Positions 1 to 10,408 of a stretch of 64,000 nt of DNA are shown here, in pieces. How positions within the stretch are numbered: position 1 is the stretch's first letter; each line of letters opens with the position of its first letter. The stretch is taken from the NCBI GenBank assembly GCA_965238175.1, contig CBDEGZ010000003.1, positions 1,536,001 to 1,600,000 of the forward strand, in the 5' to 3' direction. Both the position numbers and the translations under genes were made by a program. The notes beneath the pieces were generated by a model. The model ran no database searches, was not told where the DNA came from, and saw only the letters and a program-made list of their open reading frames with translations. The DNA is from Gammaproteobacteria bacterium (lineage in GTDB: Bacteria > Pseudomonadota > Gammaproteobacteria > CAJXQU01).

Positions 1-522
1 TTGAGCTCGTGAGCACCAAATATAAGCATGATAAAAATCTTTTTCTCCTAATTCTCCTAAGCCATACATTAGAGCTAAATTTATCATAGCTTCTGCCCAA
101 CCAAGATCTGCAGATTTCCTATATAGCGTGAATGCTTTTTGTTTGTCGGAATCAACACCAAGTCCAAGATCATACAGATAAGCTAAATTATTTATGGCTA
201 AAGCATGATTTTCACTTGCCGCTTTTTCATACCAGATCAGAGCATTAGTATAAGCTTTTTCTTCTTGATAGATACTTCCTAAGCTATTTTGAGCTTCAGT
301 ATGACCATTTTCAGCAGCGAGGGAATACCATTTTTTAGCGAGAGATCTATTTGGGTTTACAGGAAAGCCTGTATCGTATGCTGTGCCTAGTTCAAACTGA
401 GCTTCTACATTTCCTGAATTTGCTTGTTCAGTCAAGGTAGCAATTTTAGGTGATAATGAAGCTGTACAACTTACTAATAAAATAGCTAAGGTTGTGCTCA
501 TCACTAAAAAAAGGTTTCGCAT
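1..522 (-). CDS. Sel1-like repeat lipoprotein (3' end runs off window)
   Basis: Manual translation from ATG at 522 (alternative in-frame ATG at 534): MRNLFLVMSTTLAILLVSC...EAQFELGTAYDTG...AKKWYSLAAENGHTEAQNSLG...AINNLAYLYDLGLGV; lipobox LVSC plus Sel1 repeats. Open to position 1; not in the ORF track. Confidence 0.85.
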   Translation of the reverse strand, partial: MRNLFLVMSTTLAILLVSCTASLSPKIATLTEQANSGNVEAQFELGTAYDTGFPVNPNRSLAKKWYSLAAENGHTEAQNSLGSIYQEEKAYTNALIWYEKAASENHALAINNLAYLYDLGLGVDSDKQKAFTLYRKSADLGWAEAMINLALMYGLGELGEKDFYHAYIWCSRAQ

Positions 523-548
523 TTTTTTTACCATTATAAAATCCAACA

Positions 549-577
549 AGGTCGGATTAGCTCAGCGTAATCCGACA
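549..577. repeat. REP-like palindrome
   Basis: GTCGGATTA-GCTCAGCG-TAATCCGAC, a perfect 9-bp stem just downstream of fabI; a related copy lies at 59941-59970. Confidence 0.7.
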
Positions 578-593
578 TAAATTACTCTTTATC

Positions 594-1370
594 TCAAACC
601 AATCCTAAAATACTATACCCACAATCCACATAAGTGATCTCGCCGGTAATCCCAGCAGCCAGATCAGAGCTCATAAAGGCCGCCGCATTACCAACGTCAT
701 CAATGGTGACATTACGGCGTAGCGGGGCATTTTCTTCAACGGCATTCAGGAAACCACGCAATCCAGAAATACCGGATGCGGCGAGGGTTTTGATCGGGCC
801 AGCGGAAATGCCGTTGACGCGGATCCCTTCTGGGCCGACATTGGATGCCATATAGCGCACATTTGCTTCCAGACTCGCTTTGGCTAGCCCCATGACATTG
901 TAGTTGGGCATCGCTCGCATCGCGCCGATGTAGCTCAGGGTCAGCATCGAGGCATTTCGCCCTTGCATCATCGGTCGAGCATGATTACCCAATGCGGTGA
1001 AGCTGTATGAGCTGATGTCATGCGCCATTTTGAAACCTTCGCGGGTGACACTGTTCATGTAGTCATCTGCCAGTTCTTCGCGTGGTGCGAAGGCCACGGC
1101 GTGGATCAGAATGTCTAAATGATCCCATTCTTTTTTTAGATTAGTGAAAACTGCTTCAATTTCATCATCGCTGGCGACATCGCAGGGCAGGGTGATGTTG
1201 GAGTCCATTTCTGCGGCAAATTTTTCTACACGTCCTTGAAGTTTTTCATTTTGATAGGTGAAAGCTAGATTTGCGCCTTCACGATGCATGGCTTTTGCAA
1301 TACCATAAGCGATTGAACGGTTGCTGGCGACGCCAACGATTAATGCATTTTTTCCTTCAAGAAACCCCAT
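594..1370 (-). CDS. fabI: Enoyl-ACP reductase FabI
   Basis: [38 protein letters not shown] motifs. Confidence 0.97.
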   Translation of the reverse strand: MGFLEGKNALIVGVASNRSIAYGIAKAMHREGANLAFTYQNEKLQGRVEKFAAEMDSNITLPCDVASDDEIEAVFTNLKKEWDHLDILIHAVAFAPREELADDYMNSVTREGFKMAHDISSYSFTALGNHARPMMQGRNASMLTLSYIGAMRAMPNYNVMGLAKASLEANVRYMASNVGPEGIRVNGISAGPIKTLAASGISGLRGFLNAVEENAPLRRNVTIDDVGNAAAFMSSDLAAGITGEITYVDCGYSILGLV

Positions 1371-1440
1371 GTTTGAATCCTCTTTATTGTTGTTTGGGTA
1401 TATAATCTTCAGTCTACATTTGGATTTTATAAGAAACTGG

Positions 1441-3582
1441 ATGCGCCGGCGACTCTCTTTATTGTTTATTTTTCTGATCTGTAGCGGATGTTCTGAGCCG
1501 CCGTGGAATAACCCGTATCCTGCCAGTCAGGATCAGGCTTCGATTTTGTACGATCATTTTAAAGAGCGGCCTAAGCATTTAGATCCCGTTCGTGCTTATT
1601 CTTCGAATGAATATGTATTCCTTGGGCAGATCTACGAAGCGCCTTTGCAATATCATTTCCTCAAACGACCTTATGAGCTGACGACGTTAACCGCGACAGA
1701 GATGCCTAAGGTGGTTTATTTTGATCAGGATGGAAATGTATTACCTGACGATGCGTTGGTTGATCAGATAGCCTGGAGCAAGTATTTGATCACCATCCAG
1801 CCGGGTATTCAGTATCAACCACACCCGGCATTCGCGAAAGATCAGCAAAATCAATATCTCTATCATTCGAATGTTGATCTGGATGGTATTCATACCTTGA
1901 GTGATTTTCCTGAAGCGAGCACGCGAGAACTAACTGCTGCAGATTATATTTATCAAATTAAGCGGATGGCTAATCCTGCCACCCATTCACCGATTGCGGG
2001 TTTGATGTCGGAATATATTGTCGGCTTGAGTGAATTGTCTGCACAAATTACTAAGGAGTATCCTGCAGAAGAAAAAGCCTTTGTCGATCTAAAAAAATAT
2101 TCCATCAGTGGTGTTCGTGAGATTGATCGATATAGCTATGAGATCAAATTAAAAGGCAAGTATCCGCAGTTTATTTACTGGTTATCGATGTACTTTTTCT
2201 CGCCGATGCCATGGGAAGCAGATCTGTTTTATTCGCAGCCGGGTATGGATGATAAAAATATTTCATTGAACTGGTATCCGGTAGGTACTGGCCCATATAT
2301 GTTGACTGAGAACAATCCAAATCGACGCATGGTGTTGTCGCGTAATCCTAATTTCCATGGTGAAACTTATCCTACAGAGGGTGAAAGTAGTGATCGTGAG
2401 ACTGAGCTTCTCATCGACGCGGGTAAAGAAATACCTTTTATTGATCAGGCAATTTATTCGTTAGAAAAAGAGTCGATTCCATCTTGGAGTAAATTTCAGC
2501 AAGGTTATTATGATACGTCGGGTGTTTCATCTGATAGCTTTGATCAAGCCGTTCAGTTTGGTGCTCAGGGTGATGCCTCACTTACCGAAGAGATGAAGAA
2601 AAAAGACATGAAATTGCTCACTGCGGTGACAACGTCAACGTATTACACCGGATTTAATATGTTGGATGAGATTGTCGGTGGTGATTCAGAGCGTGCGCGA
2701 AAATTGCGTCAAGCCATCTCAATTGCGGTTGATTTTGAGGAATACATTTCGATTTTTTTCAATGGCCGTGGGGTGCCAGCGCAAGGGCCGATCCCGCAAG
2801 GGATTTTCGGAGTGAAAGAAGCTGAAGAAGGAATTAATCCGATTGTTTACAACTGGCAAAATGACGCACCGAAACGGAAGTCAATTGAGGTAGCAAAACA
2901 ATTGATGATTGAGGCCGGTTATCCGCAAGGTCGGGATGAAAAAACTGGTAAGCAGTTGATACTTTTTTTTGACACTACGGGTGGCGGGCCGGGTAGTAAA
3001 GCACTGTTAAATTGGTTAGAAAAACAATTTAAAAAGTTGGGTGTTCAACTTGTGATCCGGGCAACAGACTATAATCGGTTTCAGGAGAAAATGCTAAAAG
3101 GAACCGCGCAGATTTATCAGTGGGGTTGGAATGCCGACTACCCTGATCCGGAAAATTTTATGTTCTTGCTGTATGGGCCAAATGGTAAAGCAAAACACAA
3201 AGGTGAGAATGCATCTAACTATTCAAGTCCTGAATTTGATGGGCTGTTTGAAAAAATGAAAAACATGGAAAATGGATCAGAAAGACAAGCTGTGATCGAT
3301 GAGATGGTGACGATCTTAAGAGAGGATTCGCCATGGTTATGGGGTTGGCATCCGGTGGCTTTTTCATTGCATCATGGATGGTATAAAAATGCTAAGCCCA
3401 ACTTGATGGCAAATAACACGCTTAAATATAAACGTATCGATCCTGTCACTCGAACAGAAAAACGTCAACAATGGAACCCACCTGTTTTGTGGCCATTGAA
3501 ATGGGTACTCGCGCTGTTTTTATTATTCCTAATCCCTGCGATTGTTATCATGCGGCGTAAGCAGAGGCGGACCGCTTTATGA
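1441..3582 (+). CDS. ABC transporter substrate-binding protein (peptide/nickel family 5), lipoprotein with C-terminal TM helix
   Basis: Likely start ATG 1441 ([17 protein letters not shown] lipobox); [24 protein letters not shown] motifs. The ORF-track start at 1321 overlaps fabI. Confidence 0.88.
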   Translation: MRRRLSLLFIFLICSGCSEPPWNNPYPASQDQASILYDHFKERPKHLDPVRAYSSNEYVFLGQIYEAPLQYHFLKRPYELTTLTATEMPKVVYFDQDGNVLPDDALVDQIAWSKYLITIQPGIQYQPHPAFAKDQQNQYLYHSNVDLDGIHTLSDFPEASTRELTAADYIYQIKRMANPATHSPIAGLMSEYIVGLSELSAQITKEYPAEEKAFVDLKKYSISGVREIDRYSYEIKLKGKYPQFIYWLSMYFFSPMPWEADLFYSQPGMDDKNISLNWYPVGTGPYMLTENNPNRRMVLSRNPNFHGETYPTEGESSDRETELLIDAGKEIPFIDQAIYSLEKESIPSWSKFQQGYYDTSGVSSDSFDQAVQFGAQGDASLTEEMKKKDMKLLTAVTTSTYYTGFNMLDEIVGGDSERARKLRQAISIAVDFEEYISIFFNGRGVPAQGPIPQGIFGVKEAEEGINPIVYNWQNDAPKRKSIEVAKQLMIEAGYPQGRDEKTGKQLILFFDTTGGGPGSKALLNWLEKQFKKLGVQLVIRATDYNRFQEKMLKGTAQIYQWGWNADYPDPENFMFLLYGPNGKAKHKGENASNYSSPEFDGLFEKMKNMENGSERQAVIDEMVTILREDSPWLWGWHPVAFSLHHGWYKNAKPNLMANNTLKYKRIDPVTRTEKRQQWNPPVLWPLKWVLALFLLFLIPAIVIMRRKQRRTAL

Positions 3583-4556
3583 TGGCTTATATTTTTCGAC
3601 GAATTCTTTATGCGGTCCCTATTTTAATCGGTGTGAATGTGCTGACGTTTGTATTATTTTTTGTCGTGAATTCGCCTGACGATATGGCACGTATGCAACT
3701 GGGTGCGAAGCGGGTGCCAGACGCAGCAGTTGAATCCTGGAAAGCTGAGCGAGGTTATGATCAACCCTTATTAATAAATGCAGAAGAGAAAGGCTTGGAT
3801 CAGGTTACAGAGACGATCTTTTTTCAAAAATCTGTAAGTTTATTCTTATTCGATTTTGGTCGATCAGATAGCGGTCGAGATATCAGTTATGACATTAAAC
3901 AACGAATGTGGCCGAGCTTAGCAATCGCGATCCCAAGTTTGATCGTTGGCTTATTAGTTAATATAAGTCTGGCACTATTGATCGCATTTTTCCGGGGAAC
4001 TTATCTCGATTTTACCGGTGTGGTTTTGTGCGTAATTTTAATGTCAATTTCCGGGCTGTTTTATATTATTGGTGGTCAAGTTTTGATCGGGAAACTGATG
4101 AATCTTGTTCCTATCTCAGGATACGATACTGGATTTGAAGCGGTGAAGTTTTTGATCTTACCGGTGTTGGTGGGTTTGATTGGAGGTATTGGATCTGGCA
4201 CGCGTTGGTACCGAACAATTTTTCTTGAAGAGATCGGCAAAGATTATATTCGCACGGCACGATCAAAAGGTTTATCTGAACGATTGATTATGTTCAAACA
4301 TGTTTTGAAAAATGCAATGATCCCGATTCTTACCGGGGTTGTTGTTATCTTGCCATTATTATTTATGGGCAGTTTGATCACTGAATCTTTTTTCGGCATT
4401 CCTGGTCTTGGAAGCTACACATTAGATGCAATCACCAGTCAAGATTTTGCCATTGTACGATCAATGGTGTTCCTCGGATCAGTTTTATATATTCTAGGAT
4501 TGTTGTTGACAGATATTTCATACACCCTGGTTGACCCAAGGGTGAGGCTGCAATAA
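3579..4556 (+). CDS. ABC transporter permease (DppB/OppB-like)
   Basis: YIFRRILYAVP start, FDFGRS, DYIRTARSKGL EAA loop, DPRVR end. Confidence 0.93.
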   Translation: MMAYIFRRILYAVPILIGVNVLTFVLFFVVNSPDDMARMQLGAKRVPDAAVESWKAERGYDQPLLINAEEKGLDQVTETIFFQKSVSLFLFDFGRSDSGRDISYDIKQRMWPSLAIAIPSLIVGLLVNISLALLIAFFRGTYLDFTGVVLCVILMSISGLFYIIGGQVLIGKLMNLVPISGYDTGFEAVKFLILPVLVGLIGGIGSGTRWYRTIFLEEIGKDYIRTARSKGLSERLIMFKHVLKNAMIPILTGVVVILPLLFMGSLITESFFGIPGLGSYTLDAITSQDFAIVRSMVFLGSVLYILGLLLTDISYTLVDPRVRLQ

Positions 4557-5974
4557 TGCCAACCATACTCTGGACCGATGGGCTGATCTTTCTATTGTTA
4601 TCTATGTTGACCATGTTTGTCTTGCATGTGCGACGATATGAACATTTACGACGACCATGGCGAACAGTTTTACGCAGCCGTGTAGCGATGTCATCAGCAG
4701 TTATTCTGTCGATTTATTTAATGATCGGAATCTTAGATTCACTGCATTTTCACCCTAAGCTAGAAAATGTTTCCGGTGATGTAACTGATAGCGAAGAGGT
4801 TCAATATTCCACACAGATCAAAAGTGTGTTTGATGTTTTGGTCAGCCATTTACAAGATCGTGATGAGAAAACCTATTCGGCCCCTTTTGTAGCATTTCAA
4901 TATAGCAAAGAAACTTTAGAGACAGATGATGGAACAACGGTTCGTGATTATCCGCGTTTGAAATTTGGTGGCGCTCATTTGGAGGATCCTGTTAATGGAA
5001 GAAATTCCGATATTGTCAGTATCATCTCCAAGTCCACGATCAAATCTTTAATAATATTTTCTTTGCTTTTCTTAGTTATTGTTTGGCGGATTTCACGAAA
5101 GAAAAACTGGCTTTTTAGAGATGCCTTAAAAGCGGTGTTAGCAGGTCAAACTGAAACACCGTGGCGAGTGATTTTGATCACTTTAGCTTTAAGTCTTTGG
5201 GTGTTGTTGAATGCATGGGATCTGAGTCATTTTTATCATATTTTTGGAACCGACAAAGTAGGGCAAGACGTTTTTTATCAATCGATGAAAAGCATTCGTA
5301 CTGGTTTGATCATTGGTACGTTGACAACCTTGGTGATGTTACCTTTTGCAGTATTGATGGGGATTTCGGCCGGTTATTTTCGTGGTTGGATCGATGATGT
5401 TATTCAGTATATTTATACAACGTTAAATTCTATTCCAGGTGTACTTTTGATCGCCGCTGCAATTCTGATGTTGCAAGTTTATATGGCAAATCATGCGGAA
5501 GATTTTACTAGCCTAGCAGCGCGATCAGATATGCGTTTATTGTTTCTTTGTATCATTCTAGGTGTCACCAGTTGGACGGGTTTATGCCGACTGTTACGTG
5601 GCGAGACAATGAAGTTACGCGAGGTCGATTATATTCAGGCCGCACAAGCGTTTGGGGTTGGTCACATGACGATTATTTTGCGTCATATTTTACCCAATGT
5701 GATGCACCTTATTTTGATCTCGGTGGTTTTGGATTTTAGTGGTTTGGTGTTAGCTGAAGCGGTGTTGTCTTATATTAATATCGGTGTTGACCCAAGCATG
5801 AATAGTTGGGGGAATATGATCAATAGTGCGCGTATGGAAATGGCGCGTGAGCCGATCGTCTGGTGGGCATTAGTTGCGGCATTTTCATTTATGTTTGTAT
5901 TAGTACTGGCCGCAAATTTATTCTCTGATGCGGTTCGAGATGCATTTGATCCGCGGCTGCAGGAGCGAGAATAG
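4556..5974 (+). CDS. ABC transporter permease (DppC/OppC-like)
   Basis: HIFGTDKVGQD, YIQAAQAFG...RHILPN, DAVRDAFDPR. Confidence 0.93.
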   Translation: MPTILWTDGLIFLLLSMLTMFVLHVRRYEHLRRPWRTVLRSRVAMSSAVILSIYLMIGILDSLHFHPKLENVSGDVTDSEEVQYSTQIKSVFDVLVSHLQDRDEKTYSAPFVAFQYSKETLETDDGTTVRDYPRLKFGGAHLEDPVNGRNSDIVSIISKSTIKSLIIFSLLFLVIVWRISRKKNWLFRDALKAVLAGQTETPWRVILITLALSLWVLLNAWDLSHFYHIFGTDKVGQDVFYQSMKSIRTGLIIGTLTTLVMLPFAVLMGISAGYFRGWIDDVIQYIYTTLNSIPGVLLIAAAILMLQVYMANHAEDFTSLAARSDMRLLFLCIILGVTSWTGLCRLLRGETMKLREVDYIQAAQAFGVGHMTIILRHILPNVMHLILISVVLDFSGLVLAEAVLSYINIGVDPSMNSWGNMINSARMEMAREPIVWWALVAAFSFMFVLVLAANLFSDAVRDAFDPRLQERE

Positions 5975-6427
5975 ATGCAAAAAGTAATGTTGCCGACTGA
6001 TAAAGAACTGACAATGCGTGTAGTGCCGATGCCAAAGGATACCAATGCAGGTGGCAGTATTTTCGGAGGCTATATTTTCTCGCAGATTGATATTGCCGCA
6101 AGTATCCCCGCGGTTCGGCGAGCCAAAGGACGAGTTGCGACAGTTGCAGTAAATTCTATCGAACTACATCAACCTGTTTTTGTGGGCGATGTTCTAAGCC
6201 TTTATGCACAAGTTGCAAAAGTGGGTCGAACGTCGGTGACAATAGATGTGGAAGTCTATGCAGAAAGAAATGCGATTGATCCTGAAGTGATCAAAGTGAC
6301 ACAAGCAACTCTGACCTTTGTTGCGCTGGATGAAAATCGTAAACCACGAAAAATACCTCTAGAAGTTGGCTCAGAAGATCCACAACAAAATTCACAAGAA
6401 GAATTACAGGAAGGAGCAACTGGATGA
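5975..6427 (+). CDS. Acyl-CoA thioesterase (YciA-like hotdog fold)
   Basis: MPKDTNAGGSIFGG, VATVAV, PVFVGD, VGRTS motifs. Confidence 0.92.
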   Translation: MQKVMLPTDKELTMRVVPMPKDTNAGGSIFGGYIFSQIDIAASIPAVRRAKGRVATVAVNSIELHQPVFVGDVLSLYAQVAKVGRTSVTIDVEVYAERNAIDPEVIKVTQATLTFVALDENRKPRKIPLEVGSEDPQQNSQEELQEGATG

Positions 6428-8046
6428 CAACACCTTTGCTACAGATCTCTAATCTAAAAGTTTGTTTTGGATCGACGCCAGCTGTTGATGAAATTGATCT
6501 GATAATTAACAAGGGTGAAACCTTCGTTCTGTTGGGTGAATCTGGTTGTGGAAAGTCAATGTCTGCAATGTGCATTATGCAGTTGTTACCCAATACGGCG
6601 AAGATTGAATCCGGACAAATATTGTTAGATGGCGAAGATTTATTAAAATTGCCTGAGTCGGAAATTCGTAACATACGCGGTGGCAAGGTTGGAATGATTT
6701 TCCAGGAGCCACAGACATCATTAAATCCGGTGATGACGATTGGTGATCAAATTGCAGAATCTGTTTTATGTCATAGTCGGATGATCAGTAAAAAAGCGGT
6801 TCGCACTCGCGTTATACAATTACTTAATGATGTCGGAATTTCCGATGCAGAACGACGATATGCAGAATACCCGCATCAGTTTTCGGGTGGAATGAAACAA
6901 CGCGTAATGATCGCAATTGCATTAGCGGGTGAGCCTGAATTATTGATCGCGGATGAGCCTTCAACGGCGCTTGATGTGACGATTCAAGCACAGGTTTTAG
7001 ATCTGCTTTTGAAATTACAAAAAGAACGCGATATGGCGATTCTGTTTATCACACATGATCTTGGTGTCGCAGCAAGAATGGCTGATCATGTCGGAGTGAT
7101 GTATGCCGGCAAAATTGTTGAAACGGCCGCGCGTGATCAATTCTTCAAAAAGCCTGCACATCCTTATTCGCAAAAGTTATTCGATGCTTTACCGCATAAA
7201 ATGAAACGAGAGTTAAGCGAAACGGATCATAAAACTGATCAAGAGAATAATGTGTTGTTGGAAGTTAAAAATCTAGATGTTCACTTTCCGATCAAAAAAG
7301 GTTTTTTCAGGCGTGTTGTTGGTCAGGTGCGAGCAGTTAATGACGTTTCATTAGTGTTAGAAAAAGGTAAAACCGTGGCAATGGTTGGTGAATCGGGCAG
7401 TGGAAAAACAACCTTTGGGAAAGGCGTTTTACAATTGATCAAACCTACCAATGGAACTGTGTTATTTGAAGGTCAAGATCTTACTAACTTGTCGCAGGCT
7501 GAATTACGCAAGCATCGCACCGATATCCAGATTGTTTTTCAGGATCCGTATTCTTCAATGAATCCGCGAATGATCGTCAGTGACATTATCGAAGAAGGTA
7601 TGATGGCACAGGGTATTGGTAAAAATAAACAGGAACGGGTTAGTCGTGTAGGGGAATTACTCGAACAAGTGGGTTTAGAGAAGGCCTTTCGACTTCGCTA
7701 TCCACATGAATTTTCTGGTGGTCAGCGACAACGAATTTGTATTGCTCGTGCGTTAGCGGTCGATCCTAAATTGATCATTTGTGATGAGCCGACCAGCGCA
7801 CTGGACGTGTCAGTACAATCGCAGATCCTGATCTTATTAAAAGATCTGCAAAACCGGCTTGGGTTGTCTTATTTATTTATTACCCACAATCTCGGTGTGG
7901 TGGAATATATTGCTGATAAAGTCGCGGTGATGTATCAAGGTGAGATTGTTGAGTATGGTGATGTTGCTCAGGTATTATATCAACCACAGCATCCTTACAC
8001 ACAGAAATTATTGTCCGCTGTTTTGACTGTAGATACTGGTACATAA
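6424..8046 (+). CDS. Double-domain peptide ABC transporter ATP-binding protein
   Basis: Two Walker A motifs (GESGCGKS, GESGSGKT), two YPHxFSGG signatures, DEPS/DEPT. Confidence 0.95.
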   Translation: MTTPLLQISNLKVCFGSTPAVDEIDLIINKGETFVLLGESGCGKSMSAMCIMQLLPNTAKIESGQILLDGEDLLKLPESEIRNIRGGKVGMIFQEPQTSLNPVMTIGDQIAESVLCHSRMISKKAVRTRVIQLLNDVGISDAERRYAEYPHQFSGGMKQRVMIAIALAGEPELLIADEPSTALDVTIQAQVLDLLLKLQKERDMAILFITHDLGVAARMADHVGVMYAGKIVETAARDQFFKKPAHPYSQKLFDALPHKMKRELSETDHKTDQENNVLLEVKNLDVHFPIKKGFFRRVVGQVRAVNDVSLVLEKGKTVAMVGESGSGKTTFGKGVLQLIKPTNGTVLFEGQDLTNLSQAELRKHRTDIQIVFQDPYSSMNPRMIVSDIIEEGMMAQGIGKNKQERVSRVGELLEQVGLEKAFRLRYPHEFSGGQRQRICIARALAVDPKLIICDEPTSALDVSVQSQILILLKDLQNRLGLSYLFITHNLGVVEYIADKVAVMYQGEIVEYGDVAQVLYQPQHPYTQKLLSAVLTVDTGT

Positions 8047-8150
8047 ATTTTGCGAGATAGTGGGAAGTATTGCTGAACAAACTGATCTGGCGTAATGTTA
8101 CCTTCACATTTCTAATACTAATTTTTAATACAAAAATGGATCGATAAGAT

Positions 8151-8531
8151 ATGAACCTCGAAAAAGTCATCTTTGGTTTTTTTATAGTCCTGGCATTAAC
8201 GCTTAACTTTGGTTTTTTCCTCGGGGAGATTGATAACCCGAGCCACCACCCTGTCTATGAATTATTTGCAGTGATCGTAGTTAATTTGATCGCTACAGTA
8301 TTGAAGTTTGGGGATAGAACTCAAATCGGAGCAGTGTTGTTGGCGACCAGTTTAGTGGCCGATTTACAATTGATTGCCGCCGCAGGACTTTGGGCCTACG
8401 GCGTAATGGGATTAGGAGGAATGACACCGGAATTGATGGCAAGTATTGTTTCACTGTCTGGCGGTGCCTTGCTGGCGAACATTGTTTCTGTCGTATTATT
8501 GGTGCTTGAAACAATAATGTTGCTACGCTAA
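8151..8531 (+). CDS. Small membrane protein (DUF6394-like), upstream of K+ channel gene
   Basis: MNLEKVIFGFFIVLALTLNFGFF...ATSLVADLQL; hydrophobic; family recalled from memory. Confidence 0.7.
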   Translation: MNLEKVIFGFFIVLALTLNFGFFLGEIDNPSHHPVYELFAVIVVNLIATVLKFGDRTQIGAVLLATSLVADLQLIAAAGLWAYGVMGLGGMTPELMASIVSLSGGALLANIVSVVLLVLETIMLLR

Positions 8532-8587
8532 CCTTTTTGTTCTTATTCTCAAATTCAAATCAGATCTGACATAAAACAAAGACTAAT

Positions 8588-10291
8588 ATGAACCGAGTGG
8601 TCTGGCTAGTTTTAAGGCGAATGCGCCAGCCATTGTTGGTGCTGATCAGTGTCTACAGTATTTCTATCCTTGGTATGGTTCTGGTGCCTGGTTCCGAACA
8701 AAATGGTCAGGCTACACACATGGATTTCTTCCATGCGATCTATTTTGTTAGTTACACTTCAACAACCATTGGTTTTGGCGAAATTCCCATCGCTTTTTCT
8801 TATGCACAGCGAATGTGGGCAATGGTTTGCATATATATGAGCGTAGTTGCCTGGCTTTATTCTATTGGTTCGATTCTCACTCTCATTCAGGATAAGGCAT
8901 TTCGACAAGCAATGGTTGAACGCAGTTTCGCGCGCGGTGTCCGGAAAATAAAAGAACCTTTTTATCTACAATGTGGCTATGGAGAAGCGGGGGCGTTATT
9001 AGTTCAGGCGCTTACAAATTACAATATTCGTATGGTTGTGATTGATAAAAGCCAAGATCGTATTAATGAGTTGAGTTTACAAGATCAAAAGTTACCGCTT
9101 CATGTCCCAGGTTTATGTGCAGATGCAAAAGTACCTGAGCACTTATTAGAAGCGGGGTTAAAACATCCACTTTGTTCAAGAGTTATAGCACTGACAGACA
9201 GTGATCGGATTAATCTCAAAATAGCCCTCACCAGTAAATTGCTTAACCCAAAGCTTAAAGTTGTTGCCAGCGCAAGTAATGCAGAAACCCAGGCAAATAT
9301 TGCCTCCTTTGGAACCGAAGATATTGTCGATGCATTTGGAATATTTGCGGAAACAATCGCGCTTGCATTACATTCACCTGATCAGTATTTGCTACGAGAA
9401 TGGTTGTCAGGGATTTCGCATCGTAAATTTATAAAACCACGTGTACCACCAAGAGGAAAATGGATTATTTGTGGTTACGGTCGCCTGGGTCATTTTTTGA
9501 TCCAACATCTCGAAGATGAAGATTTACCAACTGTCGTTATAGAATCCAACGATCAAATAGAAGCTCCTCCAGAAGGCATGATTATTGGAACGGGAACCGA
9601 GGCTCATACTCTGCATGAAGCTGGTGTTGAAGGAGCCGTTGGAATTGTTGCTGGCACGGATGATGACCCGAATAATTTGTCGATTATTATGACGGCACGA
9701 GAATTAAACCCTGATCTATTTGTTGTCGCTCGTCAGAATAGAGAATCAAACACGGCGCTGTTTGAGGCACTGGATGCGGATATGATTTTGAACCCTGGGC
9801 AGGTGCTTGCTGATAAAATTCGTGGTTTGGTGACGATGCCTAGATTATCCGAGTTTTTTCAATATGTTTCGCAATATGATAATGAATGGGCAAAGGGCTT
9901 GTTTAATCGTTTGGATGAATTGATTGGGACTGAGACTAATCCTGATATTTGGGTGGTGAAAATTAATCAAGCCAATGCGCCTGCGCTGCTTGAGATCTTA
10001 CTTTACGACAATGAAATGATAATTGAACAATTATTAACTCATCCATACAAAAGGGATACTCAACTAAAAGCATATCCACTTTTTTTGATCCGCGGTGAAG
10101 AGCATCGGGTTATGCCTTCGGTAAAAACAGCTTTGAAGCCTCTCGATAGAATATTATTTTGTGGTGTTGATCATGCATATCACCGAATGCAATTATTGAT
10201 TAATGATCGCTATTTGTTAGATCAAGTTGTGTTAGGTCAGGATATTCCTCGTAGTACAGTTTTGCGGTGGGTACTTGAGCACAGTAAATAG
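8588..10291 (+). CDS. Potassium channel protein with two RCK/TrkA-N domains
   Basis: Pore helix and filter YFVSYTSTTIGFGE; two CGYG dinucleotide-binding motifs. Confidence 0.88.
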   Translation: MNRVVWLVLRRMRQPLLVLISVYSISILGMVLVPGSEQNGQATHMDFFHAIYFVSYTSTTIGFGEIPIAFSYAQRMWAMVCIYMSVVAWLYSIGSILTLIQDKAFRQAMVERSFARGVRKIKEPFYLQCGYGEAGALLVQALTNYNIRMVVIDKSQDRINELSLQDQKLPLHVPGLCADAKVPEHLLEAGLKHPLCSRVIALTDSDRINLKIALTSKLLNPKLKVVASASNAETQANIASFGTEDIVDAFGIFAETIALALHSPDQYLLREWLSGISHRKFIKPRVPPRGKWIICGYGRLGHFLIQHLEDEDLPTVVIESNDQIEAPPEGMIIGTGTEAHTLHEAGVEGAVGIVAGTDDDPNNLSIIMTARELNPDLFVVARQNRESNTALFEALDADMILNPGQVLADKIRGLVTMPRLSEFFQYVSQYDNEWAKGLFNRLDELIGTETNPDIWVVKINQANAPALLEILLYDNEMIIEQLLTHPYKRDTQLKAYPLFLIRGEEHRVMPSVKTALKPLDRILFCGVDHAYHRMQLLINDRYLLDQVVLGQDIPRSTVLRWVLEHSK

Positions 10292-10408
10292 GATTGCTGG
10301 AGGGCTATCTAGCACTTTCTATTCCAGTAGACTCTTGGATCGGCTACAATCCGTGGCGCATCCTATTGGCTCATCTTAAGGTTCCTTAATTAATAACAAC
10401 TCTCGTTT

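Noticed and set aside
1321-1440. N-terminal 40 codons of the ORF-track SBP call
   Set aside because: Overlaps the fabI start on the opposite strand; ATG 1441 gives a proper signal peptide and lipobox.
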